Assembly: GCA_965116495.1 (NCBI GenBank)
Contig: OZ220696.1
Coordinates: 128,001 to 192,000, forward strand
Direction: 5' to 3'
DNA: 64,000 nucleotides
Source: Gammaproteobacteria bacterium
GTDB taxonomy: Bacteria > Pseudomonadota > Gammaproteobacteria > Eutrophobiales > Eutrophobiaceae
Shown here: piece by piece, positions 1-9,840 of the stretch
How the letters are laid out: each line of letters opens with the position of its first letter
How positions within the stretch are numbered: the stretch's first letter is position 1
Position numbers and translations under genes: made by a program
The notes under the pieces: generated by a model
Told to the model about the DNA's origin: nothing
The model's database searches: none
The model's input: the letters and a program-made list of their open reading frames with translations, nothing else

Positions 1-257
1 GACACGATAGCGTTAAAGACAGGATTGATGTTCTCGATATGAGCCAGGTAGGCTGACATCACTTCTTTACAGGAAAGCGCCCTTGTGCCGATTGCCTGGG
101 AGAGTTCCAGCGCAGTCAAACTCACGATACCGGTAGTATCGGCAGGACCTGCGCGAAGCAGAGGACCGGGTAAACTTGTTAATACGGCGGCAGATGCAAG
201 ACCTGAAGCTGCCCGCTGGACAAAGTCACGCCGGGATAACCCGGGTCGATTACACAT
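1..257 (-). CDS. Amidase-family protein with Tat signal peptide, 5' part only (runs off the window start)
   Basis: Not in the ORF track. Manual translation from ATG at 257 gives MCNRPGLSRRDFVQRAASGLASAAVLTSLPG...IVSLTALELSQAIGTRALSCKEVMSAYLAHIENINPVFNAIV: an SRRDF twin-arginine motif followed by the typical amidase N-terminus. Confidence 0.8.
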   Translation of the reverse strand, partial: MCNRPGLSRRDFVQRAASGLASAAVLTSLPGPLLRAGPADTTGIVSLTALELSQAIGTRALSCKEVMSAYLAHIENINPVFNAIV

Positions 258-344
258 ACTTTTGTTATTCACGATCTTGCACCCATGGTGTCAGGTGATC
301 CAGCGCTGAAGCAGTCGGGTAGATCGGTTTTCCGGCGTACTCAT

Positions 345-367
345 GGGGACGGATTTGAATCCGTGCC
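345..367. repeat. REP-like palindrome, family A (GGGACRGATTTRAATCYGTCCC)
   Basis: ggggacggatttgaatccgtgcc; related copies at 2828, 39815 and 62452. Confidence 0.7.
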
Positions 368-395
368 TGATGGTCCCCGTCATCGATAGTACGGT

Positions 396-941
396 TCAGC
401 GCCGGTAATTCTTCAGCAACACGTAAATGGCCCCGGTGCCGCCGTCAACCTGTCGTGCCGAGCAGTAAGCCAGCACTTCCTGCCGCTGTTGCAGCCATTT
501 GCCGATCAGGCTCTTGATGGTCGGCCTGCCTTGTTTTGAGCGCAGGCCCTTGCCGTGGATGATCCGCACGCAGCGTTGGTTACGGTTTATACATAGTTTG
601 AGAAAGTCGGAGAGGTTGTCTTTGGCATCCTGTACCCTGTACCCATGCAGGTCCAGTTCCGCGGCGATGGCGAATTGCCCCCGGCGCAGTTTCCTGAACA
701 CCTTGTCCTGGATACCCGGCCTTTTGTACAGGAGCTCATCTCCGGTTTCCGCCGCCTCGGTATCAAAAAAGCCGTCCGCCATCTCCTTGACGACTGCCTG
801 CTCATCCGCCAGTCTCTGCACCGCTTCAGGCGCGGGTTTGTCAGGTTGTTGCTCTACCTTGTCGTACCTGACCGGCGTGACGTCGCCAACCGCGCGCCGG
901 AACAGCTCAAGCTCACTGTGTTCAGGTTTAGGATGTCTCAT
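396..941 (-). CDS. Smr/MutS2 C-terminal domain endonuclease (SmrA/SmrB-like)
   Basis: LFRRAVGDVTP, LRRGQF..AELDLHG, CVRIIHGKG and GGTGAIYVLL motifs. Start taken at MRHPKP; the ORF extends to 1004. Confidence 0.9.
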   Translation of the reverse strand: MRHPKPEHSELELFRRAVGDVTPVRYDKVEQQPDKPAPEAVQRLADEQAVVKEMADGFFDTEAAETGDELLYKRPGIQDKVFRKLRRGQFAIAAELDLHGYRVQDAKDNLSDFLKLCINRNQRCVRIIHGKGLRSKQGRPTIKSLIGKWLQQRQEVLAYCSARQVDGGTGAIYVLLKNYRR

Positions 942-1072
942 CCGCCGGGGAAGTTGTACGAAGTCCGTTGCAATCAATTGATCGGAAACTATCAGCCGAT
1001 GCATTAGCTTACCACAATTCCTTCATCCGGTTCGGACTTGCACCGGCACGGCACCGGGAAGAGCCTGAACGG

Positions 1073-1678
1073 TTATGGATGCCTTATTGCAAAATTTCTT
1101 TTCCGGTCCGGCTTCAGCCTGGGCGAGCGCAGGGCGAGTAACACAAACAGGATGAGGCCGTATATGAGCGGGGGCAGGATATCCGCCTTGACCAGCCACA
1201 GGTAGTGGAGGATGACCAGGATGGCAATGGGATAGATTAATTTATGGAGTCTGCGCCAGTTGTTTCCCAGGCGCTGTACCATCTTGTTCGTGGACGTGGC
1301 CGCCAGTGGGATCAGCAACACGAAAGCAGTGAAACCGACGGTAATATAAGGTCGCTTCGCCACGTCGCGGACAATTTCGTCCCAGTCGAAAAACTGGTCC
1401 AGCACCAGGTAGGTGGAGAAGTGCAGGCAGGCGTAAAAAAACGCAAACAGGCCCAGCATCCGGCGGAAGCGGACCAGTGAATTCTTGCGGGTTATGTTCC
1501 GCAACGGGGTGATGGACAGGGTGATGAGCAGGAACTTCAGTGCCCAGCCACCGGTAAAATGCGTGATCTCCTTGATCGGGTTGGCAGTCAGGTTGCCGGT
1601 AAAGCCGTCGTAGACCAGTACGCAGAACGGAAGCGAACAGAGCAGGAACAGTGCGGGCTTGTGCCAGCGTAGGTTCAT
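1073..1678 (-). CDS. msrQ: Methionine sulfoxide reductase heme-binding membrane subunit MsrQ
   Basis: HFTGGWAL, RRMLGLFAFFYACLH, KRPYITVG, WRRLHKLIY; directly downstream of msrP. Confidence 0.95.
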   Translation of the reverse strand: MNLRWHKPALFLLCSLPFCVLVYDGFTGNLTANPIKEITHFTGGWALKFLLITLSITPLRNITRKNSLVRFRRMLGLFAFFYACLHFSTYLVLDQFFDWDEIVRDVAKRPYITVGFTAFVLLIPLAATSTNKMVQRLGNNWRRLHKLIYPIAILVILHYLWLVKADILPPLIYGLILFVLLALRSPRLKPDRKRNFAIRHP

Positions 1679-1810
1679 AGCCCGGATTCCTTACCAAGCG
1701 AGGGCGCATCAAGCGATGTTTGATTCGCTGACATCGTTGCAATGTTAACGTAACTCATTGGCAGCAAACAAGTATCCAATAGCAACAAGCGACCTGGTGG
1801 GGAATCCGGG

Positions 1811-2758
1811 CTAGTAATTTTTCCGCAAGTCCATACCGTTGTAGAGCGCCGCCACCTGCTCGCCGTAACCGTTGAACATCAGGGTGTCGCTCTTGAAAAA
1901 ATCACCGATACGGCGTTCCTTGCGCTGGCTCCAGCGCGGGTGATCCACTTCCGGATTGACGTTGGAATAAAACCCGTATTCCTGCGGGGCCGACATATTC
2001 CAGGAAGTGTCCGGCCGCTTGCTGGTAAACTCGATCCTGACAATGGATTTAACACTCTTGAAGCCGTATTTCCAGGGCACGATCAGGCGTATGGGTGCAC
2101 CGTTCTGGTTCGGCAGCACCTCACCGTACAGACCTACGGTCAGCAGGGTCAGCGGATGCATGGCTTCGTCAATGCGCAACCCCTCGCGGTAGGGCCAGTC
2201 CAGTACCTTGCGCCTGAGACCGGGCATCTCTTCCGGACGCATGACAGTGGTAAAGGCCACGTATTTCGCCTTTGATGTAGGCTCAAACCGTTTCAGCACG
2301 TCTGCCAGCGGGATGCCCACCCAGGGGATCACCATGGACCAGGCTTCGACGCAGCGTAAACGGTAGATGCGCTCCTCCAACTGGTGCGGCCGGATGATGT
2401 CTTCATAGGGATACGTGCCAGGTTTCATGCACTCGCCGTCTATGACAACCGACCAGGGTTGCGGCTTGAATTTGCCGGAGTTTTCGGACGGGTCGCTTTT
2501 ATGGGTGCCGAATTCATAAAAGTTGTTGTAGCTGGTGACCGCGTCATAAGGCGTCAATTCCTCATCCGTTGACAACTCGGTGTTCCTGACTGTGGATAAT
2601 TTTGTGCCCGCCAGTGCGCCGGTTACGGATACGGTATTGAGCAGGGCGCCGGCAACGCCGAATTTCGCACTGTTGCTGATAAATTTACGCCTGTTCAGGT
2701 ACAGATGCCTGTCCGTGATCTCGGAAGGTTTGATCGGGTCCGGTATCTTTATCAGCAT
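1811..2758 (-). CDS. msrP: Methionine sulfoxide reductase catalytic molybdo-subunit MsrP
   Basis: PSEIT..LNRRKFI Tat leader, [35 protein letters not shown]. Start at MLIKIP. Confidence 0.97.
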   Translation of the reverse strand: MLIKIPDPIKPSEITDRHLYLNRRKFISNSAKFGVAGALLNTVSVTGALAGTKLSTVRNTELSTDEELTPYDAVTSYNNFYEFGTHKSDPSENSGKFKPQPWSVVIDGECMKPGTYPYEDIIRPHQLEERIYRLRCVEAWSMVIPWVGIPLADVLKRFEPTSKAKYVAFTTVMRPEEMPGLRRKVLDWPYREGLRIDEAMHPLTLLTVGLYGEVLPNQNGAPIRLIVPWKYGFKSVKSIVRIEFTSKRPDTSWNMSAPQEYGFYSNVNPEVDHPRWSQRKERRIGDFFKSDTLMFNGYGEQVAALYNGMDLRKNY

Positions 2759-2827
2759 GGTAGTCGCCTCGTAATCAGTCAGTGTTTCCACTAATGGACT
2801 GTAAATCGTGTCAAAAGTTCTGGTCAA

Positions 2828-2854
2828 CGGGGACAGATTTGAAATCTGTCCCCG
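2828..2854. repeat. REP-like palindrome, family A
   Basis: cggggacagattt-g-aaatctgtccccg, a perfect inverted repeat between purL and msrP. Confidence 0.8.
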
Positions 2855-2863
2855 GTCGCAGGG

Positions 2864-5800
2864 TTAATCCAGCCATCTTCTTGCATTATAGAACATCTGC
2901 ATCCACGGGCTATCGGTACCAGGCTGGTCCGTAGCAATCCAGGATAATTGTTGTGTCAGGAACACCCTTTCCGGGTGCGGCATCAGTATGGTAAAACGCC
3001 CGTCTGTACTGGTGAATCCAGTCAGGCCCCGGCTTGAGCCGTTGGGATTGGCCGGGTAGGTTTCCGTCACCTCTCCCCGGTTATCGACGTATCTCATGAC
3101 TGTCCCGGGCATGACTGTGGAAGCGTTTTGCCGGTCCCCGTTAAACACCGCCCGTCCTTCCCCGTGGGCAACCACGATGGGCATTTTTGATCCGGCCATG
3201 CCCTGGAAAAACAGGGAAGGGGAGTCGATGATCTCGACCATGACCACCCGGGATTCGAACTGCTCGGACCGGTTGCGCTCAAAGTCCGGCCAGTGGCCGG
3301 CGCCGGGTATGATACTGCGCAGGCGGGACAGCATCTGGCAGCCGTTACAGACGCCCAGGCCGAAGCTGCCGGTGCGCTTGAAGAAACGCTCGAATTCGTC
3401 CCTGAGGCGGTCGTTGTAGAGTATGGATTTTGCCCAGCCGCCGCCGGCGCCGAGGACGTCGCCGTAGGAAAAACCGCCGCAGGCCACCAGGCCGGTCAGC
3501 TTGTCCAGCGACGCAGACCGGGTTATCAGGTCATTCATATTGATATCGATGCAGTCAAATCCAGCACGATCAAACGCTGCGGCCATCTCGACGTGGCCGT
3601 TGACGCCCTGTTCCCGCAAAATACCCACGCAGGGCCTGGCAGTATTTATTCCCGTCACTATGTCGGGCTTGCCGGTACTGTTCGCGTTCGCCTTTCCGGG
3701 CTTGACCCGGAATCCAGTAGATAAGCCATCCATATTAGAGGAAGGTCGCTTTACTGGCTTCCCGCTTGCGCGGGAATGGTAAGGTGGACGTGTGGTCGGA
3801 GTGGAACTGACCTGATAAGTGGGCATGATTGACAAGCCTGGATCGGTGTCGTCCTGCAGACAGGCAAACTCCTCTTCAGCGCAGGCAGGATTATCCCGTA
3901 ATGCCTGTATATGGTACGAAGTCAGCGACCAGAGCCGGTGCAGTTGATTTATCCCGGCTGTGTAGACCACCTTGTCCCGGTGCCTGATGCGTATTTCGTT
4001 TTCCCCGTTCGGACTGGCGACTACCGACAGGCAGGCCTCGGGAAGGCCGGATTGTAGCAGTGTCTCCCGCGCCGTCTGTACGTGTTCCTTATGGACCTGC
4101 AGCACGATGCCGGGTTCTTCGTTGAACAGGAATGCCTGCAGGCCGGCGCTGCCGGTATGGATGTCCAGGCCGCAACGGCCGGCAAACGCCATTTCGCACA
4201 GGGTCGCGAACAAGCCCCCGTCCGAGCGATCATGGTACGCCAGGATATAGCCGGTTTCGTTCAGCAACTGGACCCCGTTGAAACAAGCTGTTAACAGGGC
4301 CGGGTCGTCCAGGTCGGGCGTGGCCAGGCCGGTCTGCCGGGTCACCTGCGCCAGGGCCGACCCCCCCAGGCGGTTCTTGCCCATGCCCAGGTCTATCAGC
4401 AACAGGGCGGTGTCATCCAATCTCCGGAGCCGGGGCGTCAGGGTCTTGCGGGTATCCGCAACGGGGGCATACGCGGTGACGTTCAGGGACACCGGCGCCG
4501 TCACCTGTTTGTTGCGGCCGTTTTGTGACCACGCCATGCTCATCGACATTGAATCCTTGCCTACCGGGATGGCTATGTGTAACTGCTGTGCCAGCGTCGA
4601 TACGGCCTCCACGGTGGCGTACAGGGCTGACTGCTGTGCCGGTTCGGCGCCGGCCGCCATCCAGTTTGCGGACAGGGCCACGTCCTCGAGGCGCAGGATG
4701 CGGCTGGAACAGATGTTGGTCAGGGCCTCCGCCACGGCCAGCCGTCCGGACGCCGGCGCATTACTGACTGCGACGGGCGGGCGTTCTCCCAGGGCCATGG
4801 CCTCGCCGGTAACGGCGCCGAACGAGGACGCACTGACTGCACAGTCCGCAACCGGGGTCTGCCACGGTCCCACCATCTGGTCACGCACCACCAGGCCGGA
4901 TACACTGCGGTCGCCGATGGTTATCAGGAAGCGTTTGTCGGATACGGCCGGTAGTTGCAGTACGCCGGAGATGGCCTCGGCCAGTGGAATGTCATGCAGC
5001 CTGCCGTTTCCCTGCGCGCCCGGGTATGCCTTTACCCGGAAGGACAGTCCCGGCGTTTTACCGAGTATCGTATCCAGGGGTACGTCGACGGGGTTTGCGC
5101 TGGACTGGTTATCGGTGACGACCAGCCGTCCGCTGTTATTCGTCTCGCCGATGATTGCATACGGGGCACGTTCCCGGTCGCACAGGGCGCCGAACAGCCC
5201 CACATTCTTTGCGGCGATGGCCAGGACGTATCTCTCCTGGGATTCATTGCACCATAATTCCATGGGTGACATACCCTGGTCTGCGCTATGGACTGCGCGC
5301 AGGTCAAACACGGCGCCCGTGTCGCGCTGGTGAACCAGTTCCGGCAGTGCATTGGACAGGCCGCCTGCGCCCACGTCATGGATCGACAGGATCGGGTTCG
5401 CCTCGCCCAGCGCCCAGCATTGATCAATGACTTCCTGGCAACGGCGCTGCATTTCCGCGTTATCTCTTTGCACGGACGCAAAGTCCAGTTCCTGCTTGCC
5501 GGCGCCGGCGGCCACGGAGGAAGCGGCGCCGCCGCCGAGGCCGATCAGCATGGCCGGGCCGCCCAGGGCGACGATCTTGCTACCCGCCGGCAGTGTATTT
5601 TTGTCGACATGGCCGGGGCGGATGACACCGTAGCCTCCGGCCAACATGATGGGTTTGTGGTAACCCCAGGCGGCGCCGGATGGGTTGCCGGCCTGTTCGA
5701 ACGTGCGGAAATAGCCGGCCAGGGCAGGGCGCCCGAATTCATTATTGTACGCCGCAGCGCCGATGGGTCCTTCCAGCATGATATCCAGGGGAGAGGCAAT

Positions 5801-6880
5801 GTGGTCGGGCTTGTCCGGGGGGCGCTCCCAGGGTTGCGGCAACGCAGGAATATTCAGGTTGGAGACGGTAAAGCCCGTCAGGCCGGCCTTCGGCTTGGAA
5901 CCGCATCCGGTTGCAGCCTCATCGCGAATCTCGCCGCCGGACCCGGTGGCAGCGCCCGGAAACGGGGAGATCGCCGTGGGGTGGTTGTGAGTCTCCACTT
6001 TCATGAGTATATGTACATCTTCCTGTTCATAACGGTAGGCATGATCCAGGGGCGAGGCAAAGAAGCGCGCGGCCTGGTGGCCGCGCATGACGGCTGAATT
6101 ATCGGAATAGGCGGACAACACCCGGCCCGGATGCGCCGCATGGGTGTCCCGGATCAGGTCAAACAGGCTTTTTGTCCTTGTTTCACCGTCAATAGTCCAC
6201 TCCGCATTAAAGATTTTATGGCGGCAATGCTCCGAGTTCACCTGGGCGAACGTCATCAGTTCCACGTCCGTCGGGTCCCGCCCCATGCCGTTGAACGCTT
6301 CATACAGGTATTCTGTTTCCTGGCCGGATAAAGCCAGCCCCAATACCTCGTTGGCTTCCTGTAACGCGGCCCTGCCGTCAGCAACCAGGTGGATATGCGC
6401 CAGTCTGCCGGCTTCCCGGACGGCAAAAAGACATTCTGCCTCATTCACATCCTCGATAACGGTCTGGGTCATCCTGTCGTGCAGGTGAGGCTTAATCCTG
6501 TCCAGTTCCATGTGCTCCGGTGGGTGTCCGTTTCCGCATTCCAGATACCAGCAGGTCCCGCGTTCTATCCGTTTCAGGTCCGCCAGACCGCAGTGACGCA
6601 GGATGTCCGTCGCCTTGCTCGACCAGGGAGAAATCATTCCCGGCCTGGGTATCACAATGCAGGCGGGTTGCATGGCAACAGTGTCATGTGCCGGTTGCCC
6701 ATAAGCGAGCAATTCGATCAGCCGTTCCTCCTGCACGGGGGTCAAGGGGGAATCAACATCCAGGAAATGGATAAATTCTGCCCGTAGATTGCGGATGCCG
6801 GGTAAAATTCGTGCCAGCGAGGCCAGCTTTTTCTCTATCCGGAATTGTGAGAAGGCGGTGGGGCCGCGAATGATTCGCAT
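2864..6880 (-). CDS. purL: Phosphoribosylformylglycinamidine synthase (large PurL), with an in-frame repeat insertion
   Basis: NSEHCRHKIFNA, KVETHNHPTAISPFPGAATGSGGEIRDE, GVCNGCQM, MPHPER; 1338 aa. Confidence 0.98.
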   Translation of the reverse strand: MRIIRGPTAFSQFRIEKKLASLARILPGIRNLRAEFIHFLDVDSPLTPVQEERLIELLAYGQPAHDTVAMQPACIVIPRPGMISPWSSKATDILRHCGLADLKRIERGTCWYLECGNGHPPEHMELDRIKPHLHDRMTQTVIEDVNEAECLFAVREAGRLAHIHLVADGRAALQEANEVLGLALSGQETEYLYEAFNGMGRDPTDVELMTFAQVNSEHCRHKIFNAEWTIDGETRTKSLFDLIRDTHAAHPGRVLSAYSDNSAVMRGHQAARFFASPLDHAYRYEQEDVHILMKVETHNHPTAISPFPGAATGSGGEIRDEAATGCGSKPKAGLTGFTVSNLNIPALPQPWERPPDKPDHIASPLDIMLEGPIGAAAYNNEFGRPALAGYFRTFEQAGNPSGAAWGYHKPIMLAGGYGVIRPGHVDKNTLPAGSKIVALGGPAMLIGLGGGAASSVAAGAGKQELDFASVQRDNAEMQRRCQEVIDQCWALGEANPILSIHDVGAGGLSNALPELVHQRDTGAVFDLRAVHSADQGMSPMELWCNESQERYVLAIAAKNVGLFGALCDRERAPYAIIGETNNSGRLVVTDNQSSANPVDVPLDTILGKTPGLSFRVKAYPGAQGNGRLHDIPLAEAISGVLQLPAVSDKRFLITIGDRSVSGLVVRDQMVGPWQTPVADCAVSASSFGAVTGEAMALGERPPVAVSNAPASGRLAVAEALTNICSSRILRLEDVALSANWMAAGAEPAQQSALYATVEAVSTLAQQLHIAIPVGKDSMSMSMAWSQNGRNKQVTAPVSLNVTAYAPVADTRKTLTPRLRRLDDTALLLIDLGMGKNRLGGSALAQVTRQTGLATPDLDDPALLTACFNGVQLLNETGYILAYHDRSDGGLFATLCEMAFAGRCGLDIHTGSAGLQAFLFNEEPGIVLQVHKEHVQTARETLLQSGLPEACLSVVASPNGENEIRIRHRDKVVYTAGINQLHRLWSLTSYHIQALRDNPACAEEEFACLQDDTDPGLSIMPTYQVSSTPTTRPPYHSRASGKPVKRPSSNMDGLSTGFRVKPGKANANSTGKPDIVTGINTARPCVGILREQGVNGHVEMAAAFDRAGFDCIDINMNDLITRSASLDKLTGLVACGGFSYGDVLGAGGGWAKSILYNDRLRDEFERFFKRTGSFGLGVCNGCQMLSRLRSIIPGAGHWPDFERNRSEQFESRVVMVEIIDSPSLFFQGMAGSKMPIVVAHGEGRAVFNGDRQNASTVMPGTVMRYVDNRGEVTETYPANPNGSSRGLTGFTSTDGRFTILMPHPERVFLTQQLSWIATDQPGTDSPWMQMFYNARRWLD
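3693..3779. repeat. Palindromic element, family C (dRS3/RPE-like), inside the purL coding sequence
   Basis: Hairpin ttccggg-cttga-cccggaa, inner inverted repeat ccagta...tactgg, hairpin ttcccgc-ttgc-gcgggaa; same architecture as the intergenic copy at 14341. Confidence 0.8.
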
Positions 6881-7815
6881 CAGGGGTTTATGTCAAGGTT
6901 CTCCAGAAACTCAACCATCAGCGCGGCGCACTCCTGGGGTTTCTCCAGCATAAGGAGATGCGATGTTTCGGGTATGAAGTCATAGTCAGCGTGAATAATG
7001 TTACTGAGGTTTGTGCCCGGGATAAACGAATATCGTTCTGTCGGGTCGCCCCCGATTACCTTTAACGGGCAGGCAAGATTCTCTATCTCCGAGTACTCGA
7101 CCCAGGTGGAAAAAAACTCCCAGGCCCGGGCCTCATGCTCGACCGGACAGCACAACTCGTACCCGGCGCCATCCGCGGCCGGGCGCAGCACTGTCCGGGC
7201 GAACAGGTCCGGCACGCCGGGTTGCATGCGGGCGAAAGCCGGTTTGCCCCGAAGTTGCCCGGCAAACTCTTCCCGGGTTTTGAACCTGGACTGGCGTTTC
7301 AGGGTGGAGCTGCTCATCTTGTACTCCATATTCACCAGGTCTTCATACGTGCCCCAGGGTAGTTTAAGCGGCGGATCGAACAGGACAAGGGCTGAGAATG
7401 CGCTGTCCCCGTTGCCCTTAAAGGCAGTGAATACGCTATCCTGTTGCCCTTGAAGGATCGCGATCAGGGCCGACATGGAATGGTACACACCGACCTTCGG
7501 TTTCTCACCGAAATGCCGGTCGATAGCCTGGTACACAGTCATGTTATCGTTGACAAAGGTCCAGAAGTTATGTGCCCGGAGGTCGCTGACCGGGTTCCAA
7601 CCGTGGCAGCGGATATCATGGATGACCACATCGAAACGGTCGGTCAACAGGGACCAGAAGGGATAGTACAGGTCGGCCGAGAAACCGTTACCGTGACTCA
7701 AAACGATCCGTGGTCCTTGCGGGTTGCCGTGGCGGCGGATGATTATCAGCGCACCGTCGTCCATGCGCGCCTCGACCGTAGCCAGGGGCGCCGGCAACTC
7801 CCAACTATCAATCAT
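6880..7815 (-). CDS. Alpha/beta-fold hydrolase
   Basis: LSHGNG oxyanion motif, DIRCHG, YHSMS nucleophile elbow, TSHLLMLEKP catalytic His; its stop overlaps the purL start. Confidence 0.85.
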   Translation of the reverse strand: MIDSWELPAPLATVEARMDDGALIIIRRHGNPQGPRIVLSHGNGFSADLYYPFWSLLTDRFDVVIHDIRCHGWNPVSDLRAHNFWTFVNDNMTVYQAIDRHFGEKPKVGVYHSMSALIAILQGQQDSVFTAFKGNGDSAFSALVLFDPPLKLPWGTYEDLVNMEYKMSSSTLKRQSRFKTREEFAGQLRGKPAFARMQPGVPDLFARTVLRPAADGAGYELCCPVEHEARAWEFFSTWVEYSEIENLACPLKVIGGDPTERYSFIPGTNLSNIIHADYDFIPETSHLLMLEKPQECAALMVEFLENLDINP

Positions 7816-7840
7816 TCATCTCCCCTTGCCATTTGCAAAC

Positions 7841-7968
7841 GACCGTCATTTGCGAAGCTTGTCCCTGCGAAAGCAGGGAGCAGGAATCCACTGGATACCG
7901 GCCTGCGCCGGTACGACAACCGTCATGCCTGCGGACGACCGTCATTCCTGCGCAAGCAGGAATCCAGA
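7841..7968. repeat. Cluster of family C palindromic repeats
   Basis: gtcatttgcgaag...caggaatccactggataccggcctgcgccggtacgac and gtcattcctgcgcaagcaggaatccag. Confidence 0.8.
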
Positions 7969-8019
7969 ACGCAGCAGTGTAGAATAATCCAGGAGCATGA
8001 CGAGACGCCGAACTCATGG

Positions 8020-9426
8020 TTATCTGCCAGGCTTCTGCCCCTTTCCCCCGGATATGATTTGCTCTGTCTGTTGTACGGCGTTGCCAATGTAGTCCTTGGG
8101 AGAGAGTTTGGCCAACGCGGCTTTATCCTGTGCGGGGATGTCAAGTCCGGCAATGAATTCCCGTAATATTGCCAGGGTGACGCGCTGTCCGCGGGTCAGT
8201 TCCTTGAGCTTTTCGTAGGGTTCCTCGATACCGTGCCGGCGCATCACCGTTTGTATGGCCTCTGCCAGCACTTCGGGGTTGTCTTCCAGGTCGGCATTGA
8301 TCCTTTCCGTATTCGCTTCAAGCTTGTTCAGCCCCTTCAGGCAGGACCGGTAGGCGATGATGCAATGGGCTATCGCTGTCCCCATGTTCCTGGTGACGGT
8401 GGAATCGGTGAGGTCCCGCTGCCAGCGCGATACCGGCAGTTTTTCCGCCATGAAAGTAAGCAGGGCATTGGCAACCCCCAGGTTGCCTTCTGCGTTCTCG
8501 AAGTCGATGGGATTGACCTTGTGGGGCATGGTTGATGACCCGACCTCGCCCTCGACCGGTTTCAACTGGAAGTAATCCAGGGCAATATAACCCCAGATAT
8601 CCCGGCATAAATCGACCAGGACCGTATTGATCCGGTCGAGCGCATGGCAGTATCCGGCCAGGTAATCACGGGATTCGATCTGGGTAGTATGCGGGTTGTG
8701 TTCGAGTCCGAGGCTCTCCTCCACGAATACGCGTGAGAACTCCATCCAGTTAACCCCGGGATAAGCCGCCAGGTGCGCATTGAAATTCCCCACCGCACCG
8801 TTCATCTTACCCAGTATTCCAACCTGGTTGAACAGGGTTTGCTGGCGCCGCAGCCGGTGCGCGAAGACGGCCAGTTCTTTCCCCAGGGTGGTCGGGGAGG
8901 CGGGCTGGCCATGGGTTCTTGCCAGCATGGGTTGTGTGGCCCAGCGTCCAGCCAAGCTACAGAGAACATCAATCAGCTTGTCCAGGTCCGGGTCTAAATG
9001 TTGTTCCCGCGCCTCTGCCAGCATCAGGCCCTGGCTGAGATTGTTGATATCTTCCGAAGTGCAGGCAAAATGAACGAACCCGGAGGCCGAGCGCAATTCC
9101 CCGTTATCCCGGATCTTTTCCCGGATGAAATATTCCACCGCCTTCACGTCGTGGTTGGTGGTTTTTTCGATCTCCTTGATCCTGCCGGCATCAGCCGTGC
9201 AGAAATCACGGATAATCGTTTCAAGTTCCCGGTTAGCCGCCGGACTTAATTCAGACAGTCCGGTAATACCGGGGTGCTTTGCCAGGGCTTGCAACCAGCG
9301 GATCTCAACCTGCACCCGCCTGTGGAACAGGCCGTACTCACTGAAAACAGTACGCAATGCCGCCGTCCGGGGTCCGTAGCGGCCGTCTACAGGTGATATA
9401 GCAGTGAGATCGCTTAATTCCATCAT
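8020..9426 (-). CDS. purB: Adenylosuccinate lyase
   Basis: AISPVDGRY, TNHDVKAVEY, GSSTMPHKVNPIDFENAEGN, SRWQRDLTDS. Confidence 0.98.
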   Translation of the reverse strand: MMELSDLTAISPVDGRYGPRTAALRTVFSEYGLFHRRVQVEIRWLQALAKHPGITGLSELSPAANRELETIIRDFCTADAGRIKEIEKTTNHDVKAVEYFIREKIRDNGELRSASGFVHFACTSEDINNLSQGLMLAEAREQHLDPDLDKLIDVLCSLAGRWATQPMLARTHGQPASPTTLGKELAVFAHRLRRQQTLFNQVGILGKMNGAVGNFNAHLAAYPGVNWMEFSRVFVEESLGLEHNPHTTQIESRDYLAGYCHALDRINTVLVDLCRDIWGYIALDYFQLKPVEGEVGSSTMPHKVNPIDFENAEGNLGVANALLTFMAEKLPVSRWQRDLTDSTVTRNMGTAIAHCIIAYRSCLKGLNKLEANTERINADLEDNPEVLAEAIQTVMRRHGIEEPYEKLKELTRGQRVTLAILREFIAGLDIPAQDKAALAKLSPKDYIGNAVQQTEQIISGGKGQKPGR

Positions 9427-9429
9427 ATT

Positions 9430-9508
9430 TTTGGGGCCAGAGTAAAAATACAATCAGTTTGGTAAATGCATCAGGCTTATTATCACGCATTTTTACTCTG
9501 ACCCCAAA
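9430..9508. repeat. MITE-like inverted-repeat element, family B (GGGGTCAGAGTAAAA...TTTTACTCTGACCCC)
   Basis: tttggggccagagtaaaaat...atttttactctgaccccaaa; copies at 38857 and 63594. Confidence 0.8.
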
Positions 9509-9523
9509 CCTTTACTCCGACCC

Positions 9524-9821
9524 CACAAATCCGCCGGGAGCGAATTTACAAAGTACATCCTGTACTTTGCCCCTTCGGGGCCAGTCTTGCTTTGCTCGAC
9601 TGTTCAAATCTGTTCCATACAGATTTGTGGACGTCCGCAGGACGCCCGCAGGGTGTGTACCAGGGAAGGCGCACATCACAAATCCGCCGGGAGCGAATTT
9701 GGACGTCCGGAGGACGCCCGTAGGGTGTGTGCCAGGGAAGGCGCACATCACAAATCCGCCGGGAGCGAATTTGGACGTCCGGAGGACGCCCGTAGGGTGT
9801 GTGCCAGGGAAGGCGCACATC
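9524..9821. repeat. Tandem array of a 72-bp structured element (about 3 copies) plus one inverted divergent copy
   Basis: cacaaatccgccgggagcgaattt recurs at 9524, 9677 and 9749; ggacgtccgnaggacgcccgnagggtgtgtnccagggaaggcgcacat recurs at ~9628, 9701 and 9773. Confidence 0.9.
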
Positions 9822-9840
9822 AAATTTGTGCCTGCCCTGT

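Noticed and set aside
4278-6097. Long antisense ORFs within purL (and similar ones in gyrA, mfd and the RND genes)
   Set aside because: These are expected shadows of GC-rich coding sequence with no independent motifs.
9628-9821. Possible CRISPR array
   Set aside because: The whole 72-bp unit repeats with no unique spacers, and there are no cas genes in the window.
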